The notes beneath the pieces are model-generated. The model saw only the letters and a list, made by a program, of their open reading frames with translations, searched no databases and was not told the origin of the DNA. A stretch of 64,000 nt of DNA from Cyanophora paradoxa CCMP329 (Eukaryota; Plantae; Glaucophyta): assembly GCA_004431415.1 (NCBI GenBank), contig QPMI01000059.1, positions 186,001 through 250,000 of the forward strand, in the 5' to 3' direction. Below, in pieces: positions 23,916-36,492 of this stretch. Position 1 is the first letter of the stretch; every line of letters begins with the position of its first letter. Both the position numbers and the translations under genes were made by a program.

Positions 23916-25682
23916 GCAGGGCTCGTAGTCTGTCTTCGCCGCAAGTTTATTAACGTTAACGTTCTAAATCTGTCTTCGCCGACTTCGCACTCACAATCGC
24001 ATGCGCAGGTGCAGCTTTAGCTGACTGCAGCAGCAGTGCAGCTGGACTCACCGTGGCACTGTAGTCTGTACGACTCTATAGCCTAGCTATAGCCTAATAA
24101 GCCTATAGGTAGCCCAGTACCGAGCTAAGGTAGTAGGTACTAGTAGCGCTAGCTGATGAGTGTAATGTTGACGTAATGTGAATGAATCAAAAAATCCAAG
24201 CCTGGTACCTGGTACATTTTTTTCCGGGAACTCGATTCTGATTGGTCAGAAACCACTGCGGGCGAAAGGTTTCGTTCACCTCTCTTCGTCCACCGCCTCA
24301 AAAACACCCCGGGGTAAATGTGACGTGTTGGCTTTACCCCGGGGTGAACGGGTTCGTTCACCCCGGGGTGAACGAATTCTCTGGCTCCCAGTGTGCGCGG
24401 GGAGGAGGGCGCGGGGACGAGAGTATGAGTTCCCGAATTCGAACGGGACGCGGGAAACTACGTATACAGCTTTCGTGCGGGGTCATGCGGGGTCGGGGGG
24501 CGTGGGGGGTCGTGCGGGTCGGGGGGCGGGCGGGGTACCGGTGGACGCGGTCGGCCGAGGGGGGTGGCCGAATCCATCGCGAGGCTAGGGGGCGACCGAG
24601 GACGTCGATCGCGACGAGGGGCGGCCGAAGCCAAAGGGGACGGCCGATCTGGAGGCCGGCGGGGAGGGGGGGCGGGGGGACGGGGCCGGGGAGGGGGGAG
24701 GGGAAGGGGGGGGAGGGTAAGGGGAGGAAGGGGAAGGGGGAGTTGAGTGAAGGGGGCAGCCGAAGCTTACGCTGAGGGAAAGGGGAAGGGCCGGAGGGAG
24801 GGGGGCGAGGAGGGGGGGGGGGGGGAAGGGGGGAAGGGGGGTCGGGGGTTGGAGTTGGGCGGCCGGCTGGTGAGTCGTCGGCGCTCGCGCCTGCAGCGCT
24901 AGCCCCGTCGCGCTCTCCCCGTTCGTCCTCCCCGCCCCCATCAGCAGGCCTGGGCCCCGCAATTTTGCGCAAAAAGGGCCGTCTTCCGCTCGAGCTCCGT
25001 TTCGCGATCGCGGTCGTCGGCGACGGAGGCGGATGCGTCGGAGGCGGAGCTCGAGGCCGATCGCGAGCCGGCCATGCATATGGGCGCCATCGCCGACGCC
25101 GGCGCCGCGCCCTCGCCGCGCGGGATCCAGAGCTTGAGGCGGGCGGTGCGGAGTGGCCGCATGCGCAGCCAGCCAGCCACCGTGCCTGGTGCCCGAGCTC
25201 CTGCCGCGCGCTGGAGCCGGAGCCGAATTCGAAGCCGGCGGCGGCAGCAGATCTAGAGGTGGGGAAGTTAAGGTCCCGCCAGAGACGCCGAGAGCATGCG
25301 CAGCGGCCGAGGCGGCATCGGCGGCGCTGCCGCTAACGCCGCCCGAGACGGTGCGGATGCCGCCGGCCCCGCCGCCGACTCCGGGGCGGGGCGGGACCGG
25401 CTCGCCCCGCCGGCGTCGCCGCCATGTCCGTCGTTGACGTCGCCACGTGCACGTGCACGTGGCTCCGGATCCCGTGCGCACCGCCCCCCCCCTCCCCTAC
25501 CCCCCCCCTTCTCCCCCCTTTCTCCCCCCCCTCCCCCCCCCGAGCTCGAACGTCAGCCCCCGCGCCCGCGACCTTAAGCCTGCAGCTGCCCCGTCCGCGT
25601 CGCCCTAGGCCTCGTCCCGCGCACATAGCTATATATAGCAAGGCCCGAACGCATTCCGCACGCCTTGCAGACGCGCCGGGCC

Positions 25683-25768
25683 CACAGGTGGAAGGGGGGT
25701 CCGTTCCGTCCGAAGCGCGCTTCCGCGAGCCGTTCCGTCCGTCGGAACGGACCCCCCTTCCACCTGTG
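25683..25768. mobile_element. 86-bp mini inverted-repeat element (CAC...GTG)
   Basis: 26-bp perfect IR CACAGGTGGAAGGGGGGTCCGTTCCG / CGGAACGGACCCCCCTTCCACCTGTG, interrupting a fragment of the 1-3 kb repeat family. Confidence 0.6.
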
Positions 25769-25855
25769 CCCGCGCAAACCCAGCTGCCAGGCTGCAGCTG
25801 GAATCAAAAATTCGATCCTGGACGGATCGACCGGACCTGCACATCATGATCATGG

Positions 25856-25935
25856 CATCTTAAGTAGCTTTCCGCGCGCTTCCGCCGCCGCAGCCGGCTG
25901 CGGCGGCGGAAGCGCGCGGAAAGCTACTTAAGATG
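25856..25935. repeat. Perfect 80-bp palindrome, no spacer
   Basis: CATCTTAAGTAGCTTTCCGCGCGCTTCCGCCGCCGCAGCC followed directly by its reverse complement. Confidence 0.95.
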
Positions 25936-27144
25936 GTACTTAAGCGCCGTTCAGATCTATAATATTTGCATTCAAGATATCGATGCTCTGCTGTCTCAGA
26001 GGTCTGCTCTAGATCTGCGCACGTGCACGCGCTTGGTCGCAGGAGTATATCCGTACTACGCTATACGGTAGTGCTGGAGTTCAGATGTGTGCTGTTGTGG
26101 GCAATTCTGTGTCAAGCTGTCACAAACAAAAACAAATCCGAAAAAAATGCCACGCCATGATCATGAAGACTCAGCTTAAAATGAATCGGGAGTTCGTGTA
26201 CATGTTTGTCGTTACGCCAACCACTAGTCGAATGGTCGCAAAATAATAGTCATGATGGAGTTATATTAATGACCAGAGCGCCAATATTGCGAATTTTAAA
26301 ATCACAATTGCAACCGTTGAACTCGGAATTCGATCAAACTCGGTGGAATATTATTTGCGCGGCACGGAGAGATGGCGGCATCGCCCTCCTAGCCTAGTCC
26401 TAGCCTCCTAGGGCTACAAGAACAAGCCAGGAAGCTGTGCCGGGCAGCCCGGGCTAGACTAGCTGCTCCAGAACAAGCCGGGCTAGCTGTGTAACTCAGT
26501 GACTGCTCCAGGCCGCAGGGCGGCTTGATTCCTCCTAGCCGACTACTCTGGGCCTGTCTCTGGCTACGGCGGCTACTGCGGCCCGTCCGGACTTTCGCGG
26601 AACTTTGGAAGTTTACTAAGTTTAGCCAGCCGTGGCGTCGTACTACCGTAGTCCGTATATACCGAAATTGCACAGAGCAAAGACAGCCGCTAGCTATATA
26701 GCGCCGGCCAGACAGATTCGCCGACTCTCTCGACGCCGAGTCACTGATCAGTTGCAGACTTGCAGTCGTCGGACTCTGATCCGGGGATCCCGCATCAATG
26801 CGGCATCATCCCGATTCCGATATCCACTATTATCCAGGCATATCCTCGACTCTGCCAATGTCTGCCAGGCTTATTCTCGCGAGTCGCACTGGTACTACGG
26901 TAGAGTACTCAGTGCTACTCACTGAGTCAGTGACTCAGTGTGAGTCTGTGTGACCGGCACTGACTGCAATTTTAGTCTCACAGACTCTCACTGTCTCAGA
27001 CTCTGTACCACGCTGTTAGCCTGTAGACTCAGCGTAGACTCGCCGTAGAGTCGGGAGTCCGACGGTCGGGACTCGCGATCGGGACGTCGACTCGGCCGCG
27101 GGAGTCGAGACTCAGGGACTCGGGACTCGTAGTTTAGAGAGTCG

Positions 27145-27670
27145 TAGAGCTGTGCAGCCTGTGCAGCTGCCAGTGTGCTCGCTCAGGGTGGCCGGCCTAG
27201 CGACCGCTTTGGCGCCACGAGCGACGCCCGTCGCTCGCTCGTCGCTCAGCTGGGGGTACCGTTAAAACATGACGAAAAAATGCTGAAACCCGCTCAAAAA
27301 CCGATCTGCTCCTTTCAGTTCGTTTCGTACAAGCCCTTCAGCCGCAAATGCAGGTTCAAAGCTGGCTTTCGCGAACCAGGCGTCAATTTTCGCGAGATCA
27401 GCGCCAGCTGCAGGCTGTTTCAGGGCGAAGCGGAGCGTCTGGAGGCTCGAAAAATAGTCGAAATTCAGCCAGATTTATCGGCTACACTGACCCAGGTTGA
27501 GCTTTAGATGAGGAAATAGCTGGGTGGGGCTTTTTTGGGCGGCTGTCGGCCACAAAAAACGCCAAGCGAGGAGGCGCCGCTGGCGGAAAACGCCAAGCGT
27601 AGCGGCCGCTAGAACGGGTAGTAGAACCTCGCGAGCGCTAGCGAAGCGACAACGAGCGACCACAGCCCTA
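27145..27670. mobile_element. Possible degenerate hAT-like MITE
   Basis: TAGAGCTGTG ... CACAGCCCTA imperfect TIR; TSD not clean. Confidence 0.35.
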
Positions 27671-27914
27671 CGAGTCGGAATCGCCGAGTCGGAGTCGGAG
27701 TCGGAGTCGACGTTGGAGTCGGGACTCGGGAGCTCGAGATCCGATCCCGCCGGGCCGGTTCCGGAATTCGGAATTTCGGATCCGTCCCGGGCCCGGCGGA
27801 TTCCAGTCCAATTTCCAGAATCCGGACTCGGGGACTCTGGGTCCAGAGTCTGGGATCATCGGATTAACCGTTGAACTAGTAATTATTGAATATTCCAGTC
27901 TCCGGGGGCCCGGC

Positions 27915-28252
27915 TAGGGGTGAGTATCGAGTCCACTGCAGCTGGTCGTATTGCTCGACTCGACTCGGTACCCGGTCGAATTGCTCGGACTCGGCTCGAG
28001 TCCGGGTAGAGTCGGAGGACTCGAGTCCCGGGTCGAGTCCGGGGGGGGCTAGAAGGGGCGTTTTGGGGTACTTGCACTCCTGGTTTCCTTGGCCCCCCCA
28101 GTGCGCGGATTCGCCCCCCCGAACTCGAGTCCAAGACTCGAGTCCTGGGGAATCGAACCCGACTCGAGTCGGGTGCCCGAATTGCTCGGACTCGCTACCC
28201 GGCGGGTTTGCTCGAGTCGACTCGAGTCGGACTCGGACTCGGTGCACTCCTA
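27915..28252. mobile_element. hAT-type MITE
   Basis: Imperfect TIR TAGGGGTG..CGAGTCC / GGACTCGGTGCACTCCTA; 8-bp TSD GGCCCGGC on both sides. Confidence 0.85.
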
Positions 28253-28279
28253 GGCCCGGCCGCCCGGGCCCATCCGGGC

Positions 28280-28648
28280 TAGGGCACTGGCCGGCGGCCA
28301 AGCCGGCTAGCTAGCCGGCCAGTTTGGGCCGGGGGGCGACGGGCTAGGCAGCCGAAACCCCGGCTTGCCAGCCCAGGGGTTTTGCCGGTTTTCCCCGGCT
28401 TGTCAGCCAAGTCAGCAAGCCCGGGGCTCGCAAACGAGCCGGCGAACGAAGCATAGGTGAAGTTAGCGCGAGCTGCACCAAGCCAGACCAAGCCGCGCTG
28501 GCCACCGGTACCATAGTAACTGGAAAGCCGCTGGCAAGCCAGCCGAAATTTTGGAGCCGCCAAGCCGCTAGGGCCAGCCCCGGTGCAAGCTTTCGGAATT
28601 TTGGGCCAGCCCCGGTGCAATCTTCTAGACCCGCCGGCCAGTGCCCTA
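28280..28648. mobile_element. hAT-type MITE
   Basis: TIR TAGGGCACTGGCCGGCGG / CCGCCGGCCAGTGCCCTA; 8-bp TSD ATCCGGGC. Confidence 0.9.
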
Positions 28649-30100
28649 ATCCGGGCATGATCCGGCCCGCCCGGGAATTCGAATCCGGATCCGGGCCGGA
28701 CCCGGGATAACGGCGGGATTCCGGGAACTCGCGATCGGCGGGAAGTGAAGGAGAATCATTGAATGTCCGGGGAATCGCGTCCGACGGTCGAAGAGACATC
28801 TTTATAGCCTTTTCGCGTCGAAGAGACACCGAACTTCGTATACTGTTTTACTAACAGTAACTTCGAGTGTTCGACCGGTATTCCGGGAGTCCGACCGGAA
28901 ATCCGGGATCGGAGTCCGGGATCCGGGACTCGAGCCTCGGCGACTTGCCATCATTGATCATGAGACGGACTCGGAGTTTTCGAAGAAAACCTCCTTCGGC
29001 TCAGAGGCTCCTGGGAATCCGACTGTTCGTCGAGCCAATGGTGCGGCGTTACTATGGCACCGACATACCGTCGATACCCTATCACATAGGCCTATTACTT
29101 TTCTATATAACTACCGAACCGGTAGGTCCGGTACCCGGTACCGGTACACCGCGAGAACCGTAGTACTGTAGAACTAGTACTAGTTAATTTGCACTTCGCC
29201 GAAACTGCCACTTTACCAGCTGGAATTTTTTTAAGTATACGTAATTATATAAATCAATCTTCGCAGGGCTTTTCAATTGCAACGTTTGTTAATACAAGTT
29301 TTGCATGTATGGCGGAGACGCGGCTACCCCTAACAATTCTCGGCTTTAGCAGGCGCGAAATATTTAGTAGATCGCCCAAAAACTCTCTAAACATTTCTAG
29401 CTTTCCAGCTGCCGTATTTGAATCATACATGCTAGCAGTGCGCGTGCTAGCAAAGTTCACTGTTCGAATTCATGAGGCGACACATCATGATCATCGCGTC
29501 ACATATATATGCATCGATATTATCGACGATATACTCACAAATATGCCGCCCTTACACAAAAGGTGGCGATTCACTGAGTCAGCCTGCATGCGCAGCTGCC
29601 AGCCGCAGCCTGCATGCGCAGGCTGCAGCCTGCAGGCAGCAGCCGCTGAGCTACCGGTACTAGGGGTAGGCAGTGCCAGCTGCGCTGGATGCGTATGCAG
29701 CGGATCGTTGACTCAGTGACCAACGTTTTTAACGTTGACAGTTGATCATGCCATGATGACCCGGGCCGCCGGGGCCGGCCCGGCCGCGCCGGGCGGCGCC
29801 GCAGCCTGGCGCCAGCTCTGAGTTCAGCGGCCGGGCTAGCCTATACTATAATAGGCTATAGCTGCTAGTACCGGTGCATCATGGGAGGAGTGACCGGCAC
29901 TGACCGCGGCCGCCGCGGCGGACTGGCCCGTAGTAGCCTACTAGGCCAGTAGTTTCTATACTGGTATAGCTAGGCTAGCTATCTAGCTCTAGATCTCAGA
30001 GATCGTCGACGACCGTCGGATCTCTGCGTCAGAGAAAGGCGCTGCGCTGGCCAGTTCTGCAAGGCGCAGTTCGCGATCGTTCGTAGAACGGCAGAGAAAA

Positions 30101-33100
30101 ATGGCGATCCAGCCGCGCCCGAACTCTCGCCTTCTCGCAGCTTTCTCGTTCGCCCTCGTCGCCGTCGTGCTCCTTTCCGGGCGCGTCGCATCGGCCGTGG
30201 TGGTCACGGAGGTGAAGTGGGACGGCCTCTACGACAGCACGAACGACGAATGGAAGCCTGTGGCGGGGTTCGTCGCCGACGCCAACGTGGGATCGATCGG
30301 CGTTGGAGCGGTGTGCTCTTTTGATTGCAGCTGATATCATAGTATATATCGCAATTGCAAGCGGCTATGCGAGCGCGTTCTTCGGTCAATGTTTCCCCTT
30401 GACCGTGGCGGGCCGCGTTTTGCACGCGCGCAGCACAAGCTTCCGTCTGGGGGAGAAACGCTGAAGATTCAGTTCTCCGACGGCGGCGGCAGTCACATAG
30501 TCTTGTGCGTATATATACGTATCTGCGATTTGCACCGGTGGATCCGGACAGATCGTGAACCGAAGTGACAATACGCTCAAGCCAATTTCTGATATGAGTC
30601 TGCTGCGCAGGAGCACCACATCGACCGCCGGGTTCGTGGCTGGCACCAGTCCAACGAACAACAACGGCTGGGCCAGGTTCATCTTCACGAACGGACCTGC
30701 AAAGAAGGGCCACGAGCAGGACTTGAACGCGCCTGGCAAGTGCAAGATGGGGCTGTCGTTTTTCGGCGAGGACAGCACCAAATGCAGGCTGACTGACGTT
30801 CCCGATCCCGTGGCCTACATGTGCGGAGTCGTGCGTTCATTCATGACTCGTTTCTTCGAACCGATATTGTAATCGATCATGATCACACGAACCTCCAGGA
30901 AATCGTGGCGGGGCGGGATGACGGCAACAGCAACACGGACCTGAAAGTCGACGTCGTGTTCCAGAACTACCAGAACCTCGCCTACAACCCGTACACGAGC
31001 TCCAGCAATAGCATCCCGAGCCCTGCCTACATTCTCGGCACCATCGACCTGACCTCGGCCACGAAGGCAAACCCGACCACGTCCGTAAATTGTATTGCAA
31101 GCTATATATCCTGCTTATTCCTGAAGAACTTCTAATAAACTTTTACCATGATCAGCTTCACGAAGACCCAGGCGGATTTCCCCGTCATCGACGATTACGT
31201 GACCTCGAATAGCCAAGCTGCTGGCCAGCAACCGTACTCGCAAACGCGCAGCGGCGTGAAGGGCGGCCTCCGCGGCGCCTATTCGGGATCCGCCTTGGGA
31301 ACGTGGGGGCTCTGGCTCTTCCCGTACGGTTCGCTGTCGCACCAATAGATTCAATAATATCTTTCAAGCTTATTACATGTTCAGGGACCGGCGCGGCAAT
31401 GACGCAGAAGATCGTCATCGACCACATCAAGCTCGACATCCGCTCCTGCTCGACCTGCGACTGCGTGGCGACGACGCCGTCCCCCACGCCGTCCCCGTCC
31501 CCCACGCCCTCCGCCACGCCCTCGCCGAGCGCGACGCCCTCGCCGAGCCCCACCGAGGCCCCCACGCCCGCGCCGACGACGCCGCCGACCACCTCCGACC
31601 CGGGCGCGAACCCCGGCACTCCCGGCACTCCGGGCACTCCCGGCACGAACCCCGACGCCCCGACGCCGGCGCCCACCCCGGCCTCGGCCGCGGGCTCGGG
31701 CTCCGGCTCCGGAAGCGGAAGCGGAAGCGGAAGCGGAAGCGGAAGCGGCACCCCTGCCACCAGCGGCACGCCGGCCCCGACGCCCACCCCCGAGCTCCCG
31801 AAGGTCTCGGCGGGCAACCCGCCCAGCGGCGGCTCTTGCACCGCCTCTCCCGCGACCGTCAAGGCCGTCGTCGACAAGGTCACGGTGCGCGGATAATTAC
31901 GTGTATATTTTATATGTTAAATAAAGTGCTTCGGCTATCAACGTAATTTTGACATCGCGCTCTAGGTGACTTGCACTGGTTGGGGCGCGAGCGCCTTCCC
32001 CCTCGCGTGCGTCAACGATTCTTGTTTTTTAATTTGAATACAGCCTCTGACGCATTGACAGGTACACTGTCACCGGCACGGGCTACTCGAGCGAGCTTGC
32101 CCTCGACTCTCCTGACGCGACTATCAACTTCTTCTTCCCTGCTGTGCGCGAAGTGAATTGTTTGAGCATATCGAATCGAGAGTTCATTTCGCAATCTATC
32201 GCAGAGCTCCGGGGGCGCGGTGACTTCGTCGCTCACGGTCAAGGTCAAGGACCCGAACGGCCTCTCGGCGACCTTTGCCATCCCGAACGCCATCACCGTC
32301 ACGCCCGTCGTCGACTCGTCCAAGCCGCCCGCCGCCCAGTTCGACGTGCGAATGCGCCAATCAGTCTAATGCACTATAATCCGCAAACTATATATAATCG
32401 TCGAAGGCTGAGCGTGAAGGCTGATGGCGACGCCCGGCAGGACATGCTCACCACGTTCAACCAGGAGATGGCTAAGATCATCGCGGTGCGCCGCTCGGGT
32501 TTGCGATTCATAACTTCGATCCCGATATTGACGTTCTCGTCTTGCTTCTCAGGACAACACGCTCAAGTTCTCCGAGAAGATGGCCAAGATCCTCGCTAAC
32601 ATCGAGTCCCTCAAGGAGTACTACTCGAAGGCCACCGGCACCACCCTCCGCCGCACCCTCCGCCAGACGAACGCCGACCTGCTCTCCAAGCTCTCCGGCG
32701 CCCTCTCCACCGCCATGACGGTCTGTCCGTCTGAAACTACAATTATATGTAAGTAATTATGATCTCATCACGCGGACGCCTGCAGACCGTGACGACGGAG
32801 GCGGCCAAGTCCGGCGTCGACCTCAAGGACGCTGCCGTGCGCATGCATATGCGCTCGCGGCGAATTAAATCGCCAACAACGTCACGCGCACATGCACTGA
32901 AAGCTTTCGTTCTTCAGACCGCCGGCGCCCTCGTGAACTTCTTCTCGTCCGTCGCCCCCGTCGCCTCCAAGACCGGCGCCCTCTCCGTCCGTCCAACTTT
33001 GTGTTCTTTGCAGCGATAAAACGCCGCTGACACGCGGTCCAGGAATCCGCGGCGATCCAGGGCACGCAGCTCCTCCTCAAGGTCATCAAGGAGAACCCGG

Positions 33101-34309
33101 TGGGACACATTGCTTGCTTGTTTACCTTCGTTTATATGCGAGCTAACGCGCACTCGAATATTCAAGAACCTCGCCACCACTCCCGGCGTCAACGCTGCGG
33201 TGAGTTCATGCCGCTTGGACGGAGGTGGCCATGGGCGCACGTTTGGCCGCTGATTAACTTGGTGCTTTCGAATTCGCGCAGGCCCTGCAGGAGAGCCTCG
33301 CCGGCCTGGTGGCGGCCCTCCCGCCGTCGTCCTCCGTGGCCGCCAGCGTCCGCCAGGAGACCCAGAAGGCCCTCGCCGATGTCTCCGCCAAGGTCCGAAA
33401 GCTATTAAGCTTAAAAGACTTTAAGGTTTAAATGATGGATACATTTAATTATATATGAACGCGCCGCGCAGATCACGCTGAGCAGCAACACGACGAGCTG
33501 CGGCAACCAGAACCCGAACCGCGCGGCCACCGACTCGACCCCGTACAGCTTCAAGGTCTGCCCGGCCAAGGCCGGCCAGGCGCAGTCCCGCTCGCTCCGC
33601 GTCCGCCCTGCTGGCGCGTCCCGCGACGTCGTGGTGCGCTGCGATTTCAATCGGATACGTGTGAGCGTTGTTCTCGTTTAAATTTATGTCGCAGATTACC
33701 TTCCCCGCCAACGCGAACGCCGGCGGCGATTTCCAGGTCTGCTTCTGATTCTGATTACACGATATCTTAAACGTTTCTGATTCTCACCGCGACGCGTCCG
33801 CAGGCGATGGTGGCCCTCCCCGCGGCCTCGGGCTTCACGGCCCCGCCCTCCGGCTTCAAGATGCTCTCCGCCGTCTACGAGGTCACCGCCTCGACGCTCA
33901 CCGGCGAGCTCAAGCAGTTCCCCGGCGGCATCCAGTTCGAGATCCCCGCCTCGGGCTCCATCGCCACGGGCCAGAGCGTCCAGCTCCGCTGGTTCGACGA
34001 AGCCGCGAAGGAGTGGAAGACCGAGGGCTGCTCCGCCCCGACCCAGTCCTCCACCACCGCCGGCACCTACACCGCCACCTGCACCCACCTCACCGCGGTC
34101 CGCGCACCTCCGCCCAAGCTTGACCATTTCCAAGACCATTTGCAAGCTTAACCGTCGATTTCTCGCAGTTCGCGCTGCTGGCGGGCGGCAGCACCCTCGG
34201 CGTCCCCGGCCTGAACGCGGCCGGCTCCGCCGCCTTCCAGGTCGCGGCGTCGGCCTTCGCGGCGACCCTCGCGGCCGTCGCGGCGCTCTTCTTCGCCCGC
34301 CGCTACTAA
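30101..34309 (+). CDS. Multi-exon surface protein, paralog 2: signal peptide, variable domain A', PT/GS linker, REJ-like region, GAIN/GPS, TM/GPI-like tail
   Basis: MAIQPRPNSRLLAAFSFALVAVVLLSG. From ~31545 the exons are near-identical to paralog 1, including EWKTEGC...CTHL|TAFALL and ...LFFARRY*. Confidence 0.85.
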
Positions 34310-34950
34310 AGCTTAAGAATACTTTGTAGCAACGCTTCCGTTAAATTCCGGCGGCCGAGCAATAAACAGCATAGCTAACGTTCGTAGGTCTTTCGCTTTC
34401 GCTTTCGCTTTCGTCCAATAAAGAAACTAGGTGTTGCTGCGGAAAGGATTTTGTTTCTCATAGATTTGTTATTCGTAGATGATACTGAAGACACGTGCAG
34501 CTGCAGCTGTCCGCAGTGTATTGTATACCAAGATAATGAATGCATTCATGATCATGAGTTTCGAATTTGCGGGCGCGCACGATTCCCGAGTCCACTGCCA
34601 CACTGTGACATGTTCGAGCTTAAGCTTATCTCGCCCCAGACCTAGATTTGGATGGCAAAGCGTGGCTAGAATGTCATGATGAGCCTTCGAGCTTAGCTCG
34701 TGTGGACAAAATGAGCTTTTTCCGCGAATGCATGCAAGCGCGGGCAGCCGGCGCCCGCTACTTAAGGATATCCAGCTATAGCGAATCATAACTGGCGATC
34801 GCGAGTGCGAAATTCAGATTTGGATGGCGAAGCGTGGCTAGAATAAGCTTGTTTCACGAATGCATTCAAGCGCCTACAGCTGAAACCCGCTAGAGCAGGA
34901 TATACAGTTAACTGGCGATCGCGAGTGCGAAATTACAGCTGCATCGCCGA

Positions 34951-35389
34951 CTACATGAACAGCTTCAGGCACGTGCAGAGGGGGCACGGGTTCCCGGTGC
35001 TGTTCGGCGGCCAGAGCTTTATGCCTTTTACGAGGCACGAGGCGTGGAATAGGTGCTTGCAATAAGCCTTCTCTGTTTCAGGAAGCATAAATACGTTAGC
35101 CGATGCGTGTAATCCATGATAAACTCTAATGAGACGCCATCAGAAGAAAGGGCGCACGGGCATCGACTTCCCAGAGGAGCGCCCACTCGACCTTCGAGTC
35201 CGGGTTCCGCTCCTGGGCACGCATTTCTCAGCACGGGTGGGGGTACGAAGCGAAAGGGGGGGTACCTTGGTGCAGTAGCAGGCCTCGAAGATGCAGGACT
35301 TCGTGAGGAACTTCACGTTGCGTGACGTCTTCACGCGCAGGTTGGGGCAGCCCTGGGGTGAAGGCGTCATGGACGGGGTACGGGAGGCC

Positions 35390-35424
<35 letters not shown>

Positions 35425-36313
35425 CGTACGGCGATCTCGATGGTGCGCGACGACTCGTCCGGCTCGAACACGTAGTGGACCTGGCGGGTACGGGCTCAGA
35501 GGAGCTGCGCGAGGGGGTACGCGGGAGCCGACGTGCCTTCTCCTCCTCCTCTTCCTCGTCGTCTACTTCGTTCGCAGCGGCGCGCTTCGCCGCGTGCTCC
35601 ACGGCGGGCGCCGGCTCTCCGCTGCCGGCGGCTGCGGATGCGGCTGCGGCTGCTGCTGCGTCGCCGCCGTCCTCTGCGCGAGGCGCGTCCTCCTCAAGCG
35701 CCCGGCGCCGCCGCTGCTCGCTGAGGCGGATCTCGCGCCGGATCTCGCGCTGGTCCTCGTCGTTCTCGAGCTCCTTGCGCATCTCTGCCGCGCGCCGCTT
35801 GCGCTCCTCCAGCTCCTCCTGGTTCTTCGGGCGCCCGACTGCCGGCTGCCGCGGCTGCGCCGTGCTCGCGGCCGCGGCCGCCTTGGCCGGGGCCTCGGCT
35901 GTGGGCGCGGCGGCGCTCGCGGCCGGCGCCGCCTTCGCCGACGCGGCCTCCTCGCTTGCTGCGGCCTTCTCCGGCGACGCGGATGCGGCGCTGGCGACGG
36001 CGTCGTCGGCGGCTGCGCTGCTGGATGGGTCGCGCTTCCATATCGTCCGCGAGCTCAGGATGTAGAGCGGCGGGAGCACGCCGACGCAGATGGCGAACAG
36101 CAGCTGCACGAAGTCGGAGTTCTGCACGGCCAGAGCCCACGCGCTGCTGATGGCCGGCTTCACGCGCGTCTCCAGCAGCCGCCCGGCCCAGTCGGCCGCG
36201 GCCTGCTGGTACTTGCCGACCAAGAAGGCCAGGAGGACGAGCCCGGCCGCCTTCGACTGCCCGCTCCAGGGCGACGTAGGCGGGTTCGCCCGCGCGGGCG
36301 CGCGCTTCCCCAT
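34951..36313 (-). CDS. Membrane-anchored RING-H2 E3 ubiquitin ligase-like protein
   Basis: MGKRAPARANP..., two hydrophobic segments, charged coiled-coil region. Spliced C-terminus KSCIFEACYC...AYCKHLFHASCLVKG...NPCPLCTCLKLFM* (C-x-H-x2-H-x2-C...C-x2-C). Confidence 0.75.
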
Positions 36314-36492
36314 GCCTGCGCCTGCAGCTTCGGCTGGACTACGCTGATGCTTTGGCGGCCACCAAAGAGCTTTCGGCGGGCCGGAGATGACGTGCGCGGC
36401 GGGCTTACTAGCTACCTGTACCCAGGACACGCACTTTCCGACTTTCGCACTTGCTGAAACGCGGAGCCAGCCCAAAAGAGGAGAGCAGCGCG

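Larger units (their letters stand above)
12384..24393. mobile_element. Non-autonomous CACTA/EnSpm-type (CACTG) DNA transposon, 12,010 bp including nested insert
   Basis: TIR CACTGGGAGCCAGAGAATTCGTTCACCCCGGGGTGAA (12384-12420) with its reverse complement at 24357-24393. 3-bp TSD TGC (12381-12383, 24394-24396). Subterminal TTCACCCC/GGGGTGAA repeats. No transposase ORF recognised. Confidence 0.9.

Noticed and set aside
24394-25480. Minus-strand gene possibly disrupted by the CACTG insertion
   Set aside because: Exon-like patches (e.g. DDRDRETELERKTALFAQ) exist, but no consistent exon chain or recognisable domain could be built.
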